Below are positions 9,558 through 18,440 of a DNA stretch of 64,000 bases, piece by piece. Origin of the DNA: Mogibacterium sp. (GTDB taxonomy: Bacteria; Bacillota; Clostridia; Peptostreptococcales; Anaerovoracaceae); assembly GCA_017431685.1 (NCBI GenBank), contig JAFRKO010000009.1, positions 152,286 through 216,285 of the forward strand, in the 5' to 3' direction. Position 1 is the first letter of the stretch; each line of letters starts with the position of its first letter. The translations under genes and the position numbers were made by a program. The notes under the pieces are model-generated. The model had not been told where the DNA came from. It saw nothing but the letters and a program-made list of their open reading frames with translations, and made no database searches.

Positions 9558-9570
9558 TTTTCTTTACCTC

Positions 9571-12500
9571 TTACAGGAGCTCGTTTGACAGGATCAGCAT
9601 TTCTTCCGCTTCGATCAGCTTCCGCTGTGCTTTGACCAGCTGCCGGTATGCTGCCTCGACTTCTTTCGCGCTGTCACTGTCAGACAGAAGATCCACCCTC
9701 AGCTGTGCTTCATCTACATCTTCTTCCGCGTTTTTGAGCATACGCTTCAGTTTTTCTTCAGGCGGTATGATGTAGAAATTTTTTTCTTCATATCCTCTGT
9801 AATCGCCCTCACCAAACAGATAGACAGTATATTTGCCGGCATCCCTGAACACAGGTTCTGGATCTGCATCCTCATTGTACAGCTTCATTAATGTGTAATC
9901 TTTTCCTTCCTCAAGAACTTTGCCTCTGTATGTGACTACAGGCTTGACCTCTTCTCCGGTATATTTGGACGGTGCTACTCTGGCAAGTTCTATATCAACA
10001 AGCTCTCCGGCAGGGTTATCAAGCGCTTCGGTAATGTCTAATCCATAACCGTAAATATCGCTGACTGATGCCTCACTGTTCAATACCTTGCCGTCGCCGT
10101 CGGTATCGGCGATATCTTCTATCTCATCAATGTCTCTGTAAACGAGCGAGATATTTTTGGCATTCTTTGCAGAGAGTTTGAATGTTGAATTGCTTATCGG
10201 GACATAATACCTGATCAGGCCAAAGATGCTTACATACATTACCGGCATCACTTCTATCTCACCTACAAGGTCCTTCACTTTGACCGGGCGGAATCCGGTA
10301 TTCTCGTTCAGGTAATACACTTGAGTAAGCGTATTGTCTTCGAAATATAGCAATACCAGCTGATTATTATGTCCTATCCCTATGGTTGCCGGTACGATGA
10401 ATGCGTTTTCGTTCTCTTCATCTTCTTCACAGGCAGCGACATGCAATACCCTGTCAGCGTCCTCGATTGCATACCACTTGTCTTTTGATTCTTCAAGCGT
10501 CCAGGTGTTCTCTGTCCTGTTATACCATTCGGCCAGAGCATGGTTGTAGTCCGAATCACTGTCATACTCAATGCGGCCAGGCATATCCGTAAGGACTTCC
10601 TTTCCTTTGATCCTTCCCAATGAAAGCTTTCCAAAACTGTAGACCAGACTCTGCTCTTCCTCATCAAGGTTCTTTGTGACATACCGGTCAAAAGCAGGCA
10701 TCTCAGCGTTCATGTCCCAGCTTATATCACTGACCACACGTTTTTTTGCGTCACTTATCGTTACTTCATATCCCCGCCCGTCCTTAGTCAAAATGCGCTT
10801 AGCGCTGACAGACGCACCATATAAGGACTCTTCGGCCTGTTGCCTGACGATAGGCGAAAGCCAGGTTTCTGCTGCTTCTTCCCCGCCTTCTCTTTCATCC
10901 ATCAAAGGCTTGATCCGTGAGATCCAGGCAGCATATTGAGCCATTTCCGGATCATCCATCCAATCCTGCCAATCGGCCTTTACCGCAGCATAATCGATAT
11001 CGCTCTGCTGTATCTCACCCGACCTGAGCAGTTGATCCACTTCCGCTCCTGTTTCTGCGATCAGAACATAATCGATAAGCGTATGCCTGTAGCTGTCAAG
11101 GAATTCACGTCTGGCATCACCTTCAGGCATCTTCTCAATGACTTTCCCCATCTCATTATAGTAATTGAGGAAACCCATTGGCGCTTCAGGATTAGGGAAG
11201 TAGATATACATTCCGCTCGTGCCAAGACTGTCATAATCCAACTCTCCGTCAGCCTTTCTGTACAACTGCATATCTGTGATCATGCCCTCGGTGCCACGCG
11301 CATATATGAATCCGGTCCCATTATCCGGATCATTCGCGTCTTCCTGATAATAAAGCTGAAGCAGTTTGTTTATTTCCGTTCCGGCTTCTTTATATACACT
11401 GTTATCGACATCTCCCCCTACTTCCATATATGAAACGCTAAGCAGCGATGCCATATTGCCGAGATCATAGTAGTCAGAACCGCCGTACTGTATGGAGTTG
11501 CTTTCTGACATGAACTCATCATAGAAAAGGACCTCCCCTTCGGGACTTGCTGTGTTGACCTGCTCCTTGAGCGCTTTGTCAAGCTTATTCAATGCATCAA
11601 CAAATCCGTTCTTCGGATCTGTGAGCTTGTTCATGTCGATGATCGCAAGTGTTCCTTGCTGACCCTTTCCCTCGCCCTTGTCATAGAAATCAACGAAGTC
11701 ATCCACTATCCTTTCTCCAAGCGTAAAGGTATCGACCTCATGATTCTCAGCTTCGCCCAGCAAATTGAGCCATCCGGTATAATACTGTCCGTATCCCGGC
11801 TCCGTTTCCGGAGACGCGATATAATAATCGGTATAGTCCGCAAGCACCAGATCGAGTTCAACACTGCTCATAAGGCAAGCGTCAAAATCGACCAGGTCAA
11901 ATTTGCCTCCGTCTTTTGTGACATCATTATCTGACAGAGCATCCATGATCTGCGGGAACGACATCAGCGAACGGTCATCCCAGAACGACTCGACGACCTC
12001 ATGTTCATCCATACCAAATCCGTATGTAGGGCCGCCGCCGTGATCCCAAAGTATGAGGTCGTACTTCTCTGCAGGCGCGTACTGCACGCAGAAGTTGATG
12101 AAAGACTTCAGGACTTCAGGATCCGACATCAGTTCGTCAGCTGATTTTACTGTTGTTGCTTCGCCCCCTGAACCGAGACCGTCTCCATCGACCAGCACCA
12201 TCTTGCCCGGATTCTCAGCAGCATCAAGTCCCTTTGCTTCCCACACCTGATTGTATACGTTGCTGACCTGACTGTATTTATCAAGGATCTCGTCGGTAGT
12301 TTCCATCCTCTGTATGTCATATTTGACTACAGCATCGTCAGGCACATTATTTCCTTCCGGAAATACCATGTAGTCTTTATTAAGCTGCCACTGATTCGAT
12401 CCGCCTGTCATTATGAGGAACCTTATTTCCTCATCTTTACTGAAATTCGCTTTCAGTATCTGCTCAATATTGTATGTTGCCATCGCTGCGCTGGTTTCCA

Positions 12501-12645
12501 GATCAGCTCCGCAATCATACAACATGACCGTTCTTTTGGCTCTTGGAGTGCTGACGCCGTTGCCCCTGTTTATCCCTAATACTGCGCAGACTATGCACGC
12601 TATAATGATCAGAGCGAATATCGGACTGATATACTTCCGTTTCAT
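9571..12645 (-). CDS. clostripain-family (C11) cysteine peptidase, 1024 aa, membrane-anchored with a long C-terminal extension
   Basis: N-terminal TM anchor. Catalytic His in LILWDHGGGP and catalytic Cys in FDACLMSS. AAAGGAAG SD. Confidence 0.85.
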   Translation of the reverse strand: MKRKYISPIFALIIIACIVCAVLGINRGNGVSTPRAKRTVMLYDCGADLETSAAMATYNIEQILKANFSKDEEIRFLIMTGGSNQWQLNKDYMVFPEGNNVPDDAVVKYDIQRMETTDEILDKYSQVSNVYNQVWEAKGLDAAENPGKMVLVDGDGLGSGGEATTVKSADELMSDPEVLKSFINFCVQYAPAEKYDLILWDHGGGPTYGFGMDEHEVVESFWDDRSLMSFPQIMDALSDNDVTKDGGKFDLVDFDACLMSSVELDLVLADYTDYYIASPETEPGYGQYYTGWLNLLGEAENHEVDTFTLGERIVDDFVDFYDKGEGKGQQGTLAIIDMNKLTDPKNGFVDALNKLDKALKEQVNTASPEGEVLFYDEFMSESNSIQYGGSDYYDLGNMASLLSVSYMEVGGDVDNSVYKEAGTEINKLLQLYYQEDANDPDNGTGFIYARGTEGMITDMQLYRKADGELDYDSLGTSGMYIYFPNPEAPMGFLNYYNEMGKVIEKMPEGDARREFLDSYRHTLIDYVLIAETGAEVDQLLRSGEIQQSDIDYAAVKADWQDWMDDPEMAQYAAWISRIKPLMDEREGGEEAAETWLSPIVRQQAEESLYGASVSAKRILTKDGRGYEVTISDAKKRVVSDISWDMNAEMPAFDRYVTKNLDEEEQSLVYSFGKLSLGRIKGKEVLTDMPGRIEYDSDSDYNHALAEWYNRTENTWTLEESKDKWYAIEDADRVLHVAACEEDEENENAFIVPATIGIGHNNQLVLLYFEDNTLTQVYYLNENTGFRPVKVKDLVGEIEVMPVMYVSIFGLIRYYVPISNSTFKLSAKNAKNISLVYRDIDEIEDIADTDGDGKVLNSEASVSDIYGYGLDITEALDNPAGELVDIELARVAPSKYTGEEVKPVVTYRGKVLEEGKDYTLMKLYNEDADPEPVFRDAGKYTVYLFGEGDYRGYEEKNFYIIPPEEKLKRMLKNAEEDVDEAQLRVDLLSDSDSAKEVEAAYRQLVKAQRKLIEAEEMLILSNELL

Positions 12646-12931
12646 AAGTTCTTCCTTTCATATCAGGTATGGACATGTACACCTACGCTCATTGTAAATC
12701 TTATTCATTTTCTGAATCTATTCATTTTTATCATATCATAATCAAAGCACAAAAAAAGCCCTGGACTTTGAGGCGACTACCTCGATGTGTGACGATACCA
12801 CCCCAAACAAGACAGAAATATTTTCTTTAAAACGGCAGTGACTCTACCCCATTAAGTACACTTTTATAATCGTTTTTCCTATATTATCATAAAAGGTCTC
12901 AAGATCTCCCATTCAATCAGGTTCTCTTCTT

Positions 12932-13297
12932 TCATACTATTGTATATCCTTCTTTTCTGAGAGCATCTATTGCCCTGCCGAAGTTCTCTGATTTGACCAA
13001 TATATAGTCTGTGTTGTATGTTGACACAGCAAATATGCCTATCTTATTATCCGCAAGAATCCCTGAAATTTTTGATAATATCCCTATGAGTGAGAAGTCA
13101 AGCACGCCCTGTATCCTGAAGCATTTCCACCCATCATCACGCTCCGTTGTGCAGTCCGGAGTGTCCTCTGTTTTGCATACCAGTGACAATTCTTCATCAG
13201 TCTTGCCAATGAAATAGAAGTCCTTTCCAAGATTCAGAATCGAAGGATCATCTATCTTGCATACTGTGAGTTCATAATCAATTCTTTTAAGTTCCAT
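12932..13297 (-). CDS. ACT domain-containing protein
   Basis: MELKRIDYELTVCKI...GILADNKIGIFAVSTYNTDYILV pattern. I chose the ATG at 13297 because it has an AGGAGA SD. Confidence 0.8.
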   Translation of the reverse strand: MELKRIDYELTVCKIDDPSILNLGKDFYFIGKTDEELSLVCKTEDTPDCTTERDDGWKCFRIQGVLDFSLIGILSKISGILADNKIGIFAVSTYNTDYILVKSENFGRAIDALRKEGYTIV

Positions 13298-13367
13298 CAC
13301 AACTCTCCTAAACAAATATGCACCGGGTTCCATTTCTTCTAAAGCCCGGAATCCATCATCCTATACA

Positions 13368-13499
13368 TTACAAAAATTCTTCATTCTTGCATTTTTTCAG
13401 TATACATACCCCTTCGACGTCGTTCCCTGCGGACAAGAACTTTTGCCCCTCTTCCTCATAACAAACAGGAATCCAGAAGTCAATGTACTTTTTAAGCAT
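13368..13499 (-). CDS. possible 43-aa small protein (MLKKYIDFWIPVCYEEEGQKF...)
   Basis: AGAGGAGA SD 7 nt upstream of the ATG at 13499, directly after the prsW stop. It is below the size cutoff of the ORF track. Confidence 0.3.
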   Translation of the reverse strand: MLKKYIDFWIPVCYEEEGQKFLSAGNDVEGVCILKKCKNEEFL

Positions 13500-13514
13500 T
13501 GGCAGTCTCCTCTT

Positions 13515-14288
13515 TTACTGCGCGTCTTTAGGCAAGATAGAAAGAGCAGAGAACTTTTCTGCATTCTTCTTGGCTCTTACCAGCACATAGATCAAAAGAA
13601 CGGCATTTGTCAAAACTGCTGTGCCGCCAAGTATGCCACCTACAACAAAATCGCCACCCCTCATAACAGGATAATTAAAAATTGTTCCAGCATCATACAG
13701 GGTATGTAAAGCCATTGGGATGATGAGTCCCCAAGCCCAGTATAATGCAGTCTGTCCTTCGCCTTTATGTTTGTTATACTTTGCCCTGCCAATAAACTCT
13801 CCCATGATCATGTTAAGTGTCATATGAGTGAACATTAAAGGCGTTCTGATCAATAATACAATCATCGACTCTCCAAAAGTAAAGTCTTCCACAACCGTAA
13901 AGCCAAAGCCCACAGCCGCACCAAGGATTATATACTCATAAACGTTCTTTACCTTATTTTTCAAGATGGCGATTGTGATTATGATTGCAAGAAACTTAAA
14001 CAGTTCCTCCACTCCTCCCGCCACGAAGAAAGCTGTAAAAAAAGATGCCGGCAGATTTGCCATTGTTTCACCCGTTACCCCAATGCTTTTAAATGCATAT
14101 AATAAACCAATACCGGCAGGACCGGAAACCAGCACGCAAATGCCACCCAAAATTACCGGCAGGATTGCCTGGAGTTTCCCTATAGGCTCAGGAACTTCCC
14201 TTTTAATCATTCGAAGGTAAATAAGTCCACAGATAACTAAGGCAAATAATGCAGAAATAATTGAAATAATATTTGTTTTTACGTCCAT
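13515..14288 (-). CDS. prsW: PrsW-family intramembrane metalloprotease
   Basis: Polytopic membrane protein with GGVEELFKF (EExxK) and HTLYD motifs. Confidence 0.8.
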   Translation of the reverse strand: MDVKTNIISIISALFALVICGLIYLRMIKREVPEPIGKLQAILPVILGGICVLVSGPAGIGLLYAFKSIGVTGETMANLPASFFTAFFVAGGVEELFKFLAIIITIAILKNKVKNVYEYIILGAAVGFGFTVVEDFTFGESMIVLLIRTPLMFTHMTLNMIMGEFIGRAKYNKHKGEGQTALYWAWGLIIPMALHTLYDAGTIFNYPVMRGGDFVVGGILGGTAVLTNAVLLIYVLVRAKKNAEKFSALSILPKDAQ

Positions 14289-14439
14289 GATAATTTTTCC
14301 TTCTCAAAAAGTTGCTTTAGATAGTGCCCCTATAGTTCAGTACCGATCTCAACATAATCCATAGGCTTTGCTTTTTTGTTGCTCAAAAGGCAGGCGCACT
14401 CCGTGTGTGTCGTCCTGGATGGAAAAAACTTTTTGGGTC

Positions 14440-14538
14440 AGGCAGAGGTATACGGAAAAAATACCATTCTTCATATTCCTCATCCCATGCCGTTCTTATA
14501 GGCTAGTCTTCGAATAATTTGATTTTGCTCTGATCCAT
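14440..14538 (-). pseudogene. degraded 5' remnant of a BRO-N-like phage-associated gene
   Basis: GGAG SD plus ATG at 14538. The translation reads MDQSKIKLFED*PIRTAWDEEYEEWYF, which recalls the FE-x(n)-IR-x-WDEE-x-E-x-WYF N-termini, but it has an in-frame stop at codon 12 and loses similarity after WYF. Confidence 0.35.
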
Positions 14539-14584
14539 ATTACTCGTCTCCATTCTCTTTTTAAGATTATCAGATATTCGTGCA

Positions 14585-14619
14585 AGAAAAAAGACGCGTA
14601 TGCCTTTAGCTTCCACGTC
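14585..14619 (-). terminator. rho-independent terminator downstream of the methyltransferase gene
   Basis: On the minus strand, a GACGUG...CGCGUC stem followed by UUUUUUCUU. Confidence 0.5.
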
Positions 14620-14725
14620 CTGCTTTTCTTTGGGCTAATTCTATCGGAGGAGCATAGCCTCCGTAGATCAACGGTCTCAGCGGCAATGGCTATGAGCGCA
14701 AGACACGCTGCCGCACCGGGTGCTT

Positions 14726-15247
14726 CTACTCTTGAGAAGCATTTCCTTCAATCTCTCTTCTCTTAGAAATCCACGGCCAGCAGCGGTTTACCCTTTTGCA
14801 GTAGTCTGTATATTCATTTCCATAGAGATCCTTAAGCCACTTTTCTTCTGTATTCTTCAGCATGACAGTCATGAAAACCCAGAAGAGCAGCGGTATTATC
14901 AGGAACCACAGATTACGTGCTATAAGCAGCACTCCCGTACAAGCGATCATGATTGCGGAATATATAGGATTCCGTACGATCGCATATGCTCCGTTTGTAA
15001 CGAGATGATTGTTCAGGATTCCATCATCGATTTTGGACACCGGGACAGCATATATCCAAAGAGCGATTCCTGCAAAGATAAGAATAATGCCTGCTGTTAT
15101 AAACAGCACACCTATACTACCTTCGAGTCTGCCTGTTTTAAGCCATGGCAGATTTCTCACAAAGCATGCGGCGATCGTAGTAATTACCATCACTCCTCCG
15201 ATCACCGGTCCCGGCCCGTATATCGGAAGATGCTCATTGTTGTTCAT
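14726..15247 (-). CDS. isoprenylcysteine carboxyl methyltransferase (ICMT/PEMT) family membrane protein
   Basis: YAIVRNPIYSA and EEKWLKDLYGNEYTDY motifs. Several TM helices. Confidence 0.8.
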   Translation of the reverse strand: MNNNEHLPIYGPGPVIGGVMVITTIAACFVRNLPWLKTGRLEGSIGVLFITAGIILIFAGIALWIYAVPVSKIDDGILNNHLVTNGAYAIVRNPIYSAIMIACTGVLLIARNLWFLIIPLLFWVFMTVMLKNTEEKWLKDLYGNEYTDYCKRVNRCWPWISKRREIEGNASQE

Positions 15248-15351
15248 TATAGATTTGACTCCCTTGTATTACTTTATAACATTATGAAATAGTAGTATCC
15301 GGAATATATTTTGCCCGGTGACAGTGTGCCAGGCCCCGCAAATGAGCCGTA

Positions 15352-16443
15352 TTATATAAACAGGCTCATATCGGACAGCTCCCCAGAGCCGATAAAGGTC
15401 GCGACTCCGCCAAGCTCCACGCCATCGATCAGTTCCTCCCGGCGGATGCCCATGATATCCATCGACATCTGACAGGCAACGAGCCTGACTCCGTGTTCCT
15501 TTGCGCTTTCTATAAGCTCTTCCAGTGAACTGATTCCTTTCTGCTTCATAATGGCACGAATCATCTTAGCGCCGATACCGCCCATGTTCATCCTGGAGAG
15601 TCCGAGTCCGGTAGTACCCCGCGGCATCATTACGCCGAACATTCTCTCGACAAGTGATTTTGCTGTTCTGACCTTATTGGGTCTCCTCAGGATATTCAGA
15701 CCCCAGAAAGTGAAGAGCATGGTGACTTTTCTTCCCATGGCCGCCGCCCCATTCGCAATAATGAACGCCGCTATGGTCTTATCCAGATCTCCGGAAAAGA
15801 CCACGAAAGTCTTATCGTGCTGCTCCATGGCAGAAGTATTTTCATTACTGTATGCACGTGTGATCTTTGCCCTGATCAGACCATTATCTATAACAAGTTC
15901 ATCAAGATGATTGCCTGTTCTGTCACACCACACCCTGATATCTGAAGCAAATGCATCCTCTGTTGCCTCCACTATTACGGTCTCACCCGCAGGCTTATCC
16001 CGCAGATGATCAGCGACCTTTACTATAGGGCCCGGACATTTCATTCCCTTTGCGTCGATCAGCACATAAGTCTCCGGCACATCCTGATCACCGGATATGT
16101 TCTCTTCTTCTGGCGCTGCCGCATTCTGCTCCTTTTCCTGAAGATATGCCCGGTATGCTTTATATCCTCCGTCAAGCGAAGCAGCATCATAGCCTTTATC
16201 AGCAAGGTACTCCGCGACCTGTTCGCTCAGAACACCTTCAGCACAGATCAGTACAACAAGCTTGTCCACAGGAAGTGTGTCAAGCTTCGCAAATCCTCCC
16301 GATAAAGGAATGTTGATCGCGTTCTCGAAACCTCCTATAAGTACTTCATCCGGCTCCCGCATATCGACAAGTGTGACAGAACTGAGATCCAGCATTGAGA
16401 ACTCTTCCGGTGATAAATGTTTAATATTGTCAATATCGCTCAT
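15352..16443 (-). CDS. rhodanese - TusA(SirA)-like - DsrE/DsrF-like tri-domain sulfur-relay protein
   Basis: N-terminal rhodanese domain with a Cys loop (LICAEG). Central MKCPGP TusA motif. C-terminal DsrE-like region FVVFSGDLDKTIAAFIIANGAAAMG. Confidence 0.85.
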   Translation of the reverse strand: MSDIDNIKHLSPEEFSMLDLSSVTLVDMREPDEVLIGGFENAINIPLSGGFAKLDTLPVDKLVVLICAEGVLSEQVAEYLADKGYDAASLDGGYKAYRAYLQEKEQNAAAPEEENISGDQDVPETYVLIDAKGMKCPGPIVKVADHLRDKPAGETVIVEATEDAFASDIRVWCDRTGNHLDELVIDNGLIRAKITRAYSNENTSAMEQHDKTFVVFSGDLDKTIAAFIIANGAAAMGRKVTMLFTFWGLNILRRPNKVRTAKSLVERMFGVMMPRGTTGLGLSRMNMGGIGAKMIRAIMKQKGISSLEELIESAKEHGVRLVACQMSMDIMGIRREELIDGVELGGVATFIGSGELSDMSLFI

Positions 16444-16484
16444 TGCTTGCTCCTTCCGTTATATGACATGCGAGCTGTGTTCCA

Positions 16485-17291
16485 CTATTTAATATCACAG
16501 GCAGGCTGTTCATAATCGATCAGTTCCGTTATAGCCGGGTGATCGCTGCAGACTTCGCATCCCTCACCCCGCGGCGGCAGGTCTATTATTTCACTGTCCA
16601 TTGTCAGAGCATCGAATGTCAGCATCTTCCCTGCGAGAAGTTCTCCTGCTCCGGTAATATACTTTATCGCTTCCAGCGCCTGCATACAGCCAATCACACC
16701 TGCCATCGCCCCGATCACACCGGCATCCTTGCACGTCGGGACAGAGCCGCTCTTAGGCGGTTCCCCGAATACACAACGGTAACACGGCGTTTCTCCCGGG
16801 ATCACAGTCATAAGCTGTCCGTAAAACTGCAGGATCCCGGCGTGAGAGAAAGGTATCTTCTCCATAACGCAAGCATCATTGATCAGGAACTTAGCGGCAA
16901 AATTATCAGTTCCGTCAAGCACGAAATCATATTCGCCTATAATGCCCCTGATATTGCTGCTGCTGAGATATTCCTTATATGTCCTTACCTCGACATTAGG
17001 GTTGATCGCTTTTATAGTCTCGGATGCTGAATCAACCTTGGCGCGTCCGATATCCTCAGTAGTGTGGATTATCTGTCTCTGAAGATTTGACAAATCGACC
17101 ACATCCGCATCGGCTATCCCAATTTTTCCGATTCCTGCAGCTGCAAGATACATGGCCGCAGGCGATCCAAGGCCTACGGCACCCGCAATCAGGACTTTAG
17201 CCTGCGAAAGCTTCTTCTGTCCTTTATATCCGATCCCTTTCAGTATAATGTGCCTCGAATAACGCTCCATCTCTTCGTTCGACAGGCCCAT
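16485..17291 (-). CDS. ThiF/MoeB/HesA-family E1-like adenylyltransferase
   Basis: RYSRHI, GAVGLGSPAAMYLAAAGIG, and two Cys pairs (CYRC, CEVC). The ATG at 17291 has an AGGAGGAG SD. Confidence 0.9.
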   Translation of the reverse strand: MGLSNEEMERYSRHIILKGIGYKGQKKLSQAKVLIAGAVGLGSPAAMYLAAAGIGKIGIADADVVDLSNLQRQIIHTTEDIGRAKVDSASETIKAINPNVEVRTYKEYLSSSNIRGIIGEYDFVLDGTDNFAAKFLINDACVMEKIPFSHAGILQFYGQLMTVIPGETPCYRCVFGEPPKSGSVPTCKDAGVIGAMAGVIGCMQALEAIKYITGAGELLAGKMLTFDALTMDSEIIDLPPRGEGCEVCSDHPAITELIDYEQPACDIK

Positions 17292-17371
17292 ACTTCTCCT
17301 CCTGCATATCATAATAACCGGAGAATTCTGTTACGATCTCTCCTGTCCATTTCGCCTAGTAAACTGGTAGG

Positions 17372-17594
17372 TTAATTCACTATAGCATAAGTATAATTCT
17401 GTTTCAATGTGTACCGGATATGGTTCAGTATTACTGCAGAACCTTGGAGAATATTGTCCTTGAGGACTGAGTTCGCCCAACGTCGGAACTCAGCACCACG
17501 CTGAGACTTGACTCGGTAGCCGACAGAAATAATCACATCAAGACTATAGATGGCAACCGGCCTATCTGCATTTGCAAATTGCTTTCTTTTTCAT
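17372..17594 (-). pseudogene. gene debris: an orphan start (MKKKAICKCR*) fused to an internal RhuM-family fragment
   Basis: The minus-strand translation AIYSLDVIISVGYRVKSQRGAEFRRWANSVLKDNILQG matches the conserved RhuM core (DxIISVGYRV-S-RG--FR-WA). There is no N- or C-terminal context. A strong AAGGAGG SD and ATG at 17594 are followed by a stop after 10 codons. Confidence 0.5.
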
Positions 17595-17659
17595 AATGTG
17601 CCTCCTTTTCGCAGCAAATGAAAAATGCCCTTCGTTATCTTCGATGATATCGCCCAAAG

Positions 17660-18322
17660 TCATATGCTTATTGTTTGCTCCCGGTCCTGAAGTAGTTTTC
17701 TGAGTACGTTTTCCATCTGCTCAATGGAGATAGCTCCCGGAATCGCATATTTATCATCGATCACAAAGAACGGGACTCCATGGACATTGGCTGCTCTGGC
17801 TTCCATCTCATCCCTTCTGACTTCAGCTTCATATCTGTCTGTCAGCAGCACCTCCTGTACTTCCTGTGCTGCAAGGCCTGATTCAGACGCCAATTTAATC
17901 AGTACGTCATGATCTGCCAGTTCCAGACCATCTGTGAAATAGGCTTTGAACAATCTTTCCTGCAAGGTATCAACAAGCTTGTCGTCGCCTTTGCTTTGCG
18001 CAAGCTTAGTTACTCTGTGTGCATCAAAGGTATTGGTATAACGGCTTTTGTCATAATGCATATCAAGACCTATGGAAGCGCCTCTCGCATTGATATCGTC
18101 TATGCTCTTCCTGGTCTCTTCTAATGAGTATCCATATTTTTTTGAATACCGCTCGTCTGTTGGGCCTTCATAGTGTCTTGAACCATCAGGATCTAATTCA
18201 AATGCTTTCATTTCAAGCTGTATTTCATGATCCCTTCCCAGATTAGTAATGACCTGCTTAAGTGATGTTTCACCTATATAGCAAAATGGGCACGCGAAAT
18301 CAGACCAGTATTTCACTATCAT
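17660..18322 (-). CDS. DsbA/FrnE-family thiol oxidoreductase (cytoplasmic type)
   Basis: CPFC motif at residues 11-14 and no signal peptide. GGAGG SD. Confidence 0.85.
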   Translation of the reverse strand: MIVKYWSDFACPFCYIGETSLKQVITNLGRDHEIQLEMKAFELDPDGSRHYEGPTDERYSKKYGYSLEETRKSIDDINARGASIGLDMHYDKSRYTNTFDAHRVTKLAQSKGDDKLVDTLQERLFKAYFTDGLELADHDVLIKLASESGLAAQEVQEVLLTDRYEAEVRRDEMEARAANVHGVPFFVIDDKYAIPGAISIEQMENVLRKLLQDREQTISI

Positions 18323-18440
18323 TTTATTACCTCCGCAAGTTCCAAAGTACTCATATTGTCTCTTCGATGTTGTTCACTGTGGACAATAAAAAGACATTGT
18401 CTTCCGTGTCATAACCGGCAGAAAACCGAAAGTCAATGCA

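Noticed and set aside
12646-12931. 285-nt intergenic region upstream of the C11 peptidase as a possible RNA element
   Set aside because: It is AT-rich with no stable long-range pairing or conserved motif visible. It is most simply a promoter region.
14335-14385. tRNA-like string (ccctatagttcagtaccg) suggesting a tRNA gene
   Set aside because: No T-loop (GTTCGAAT-like) or acceptor-stem complement could be found on either strand, so it does not fold into a cloverleaf.
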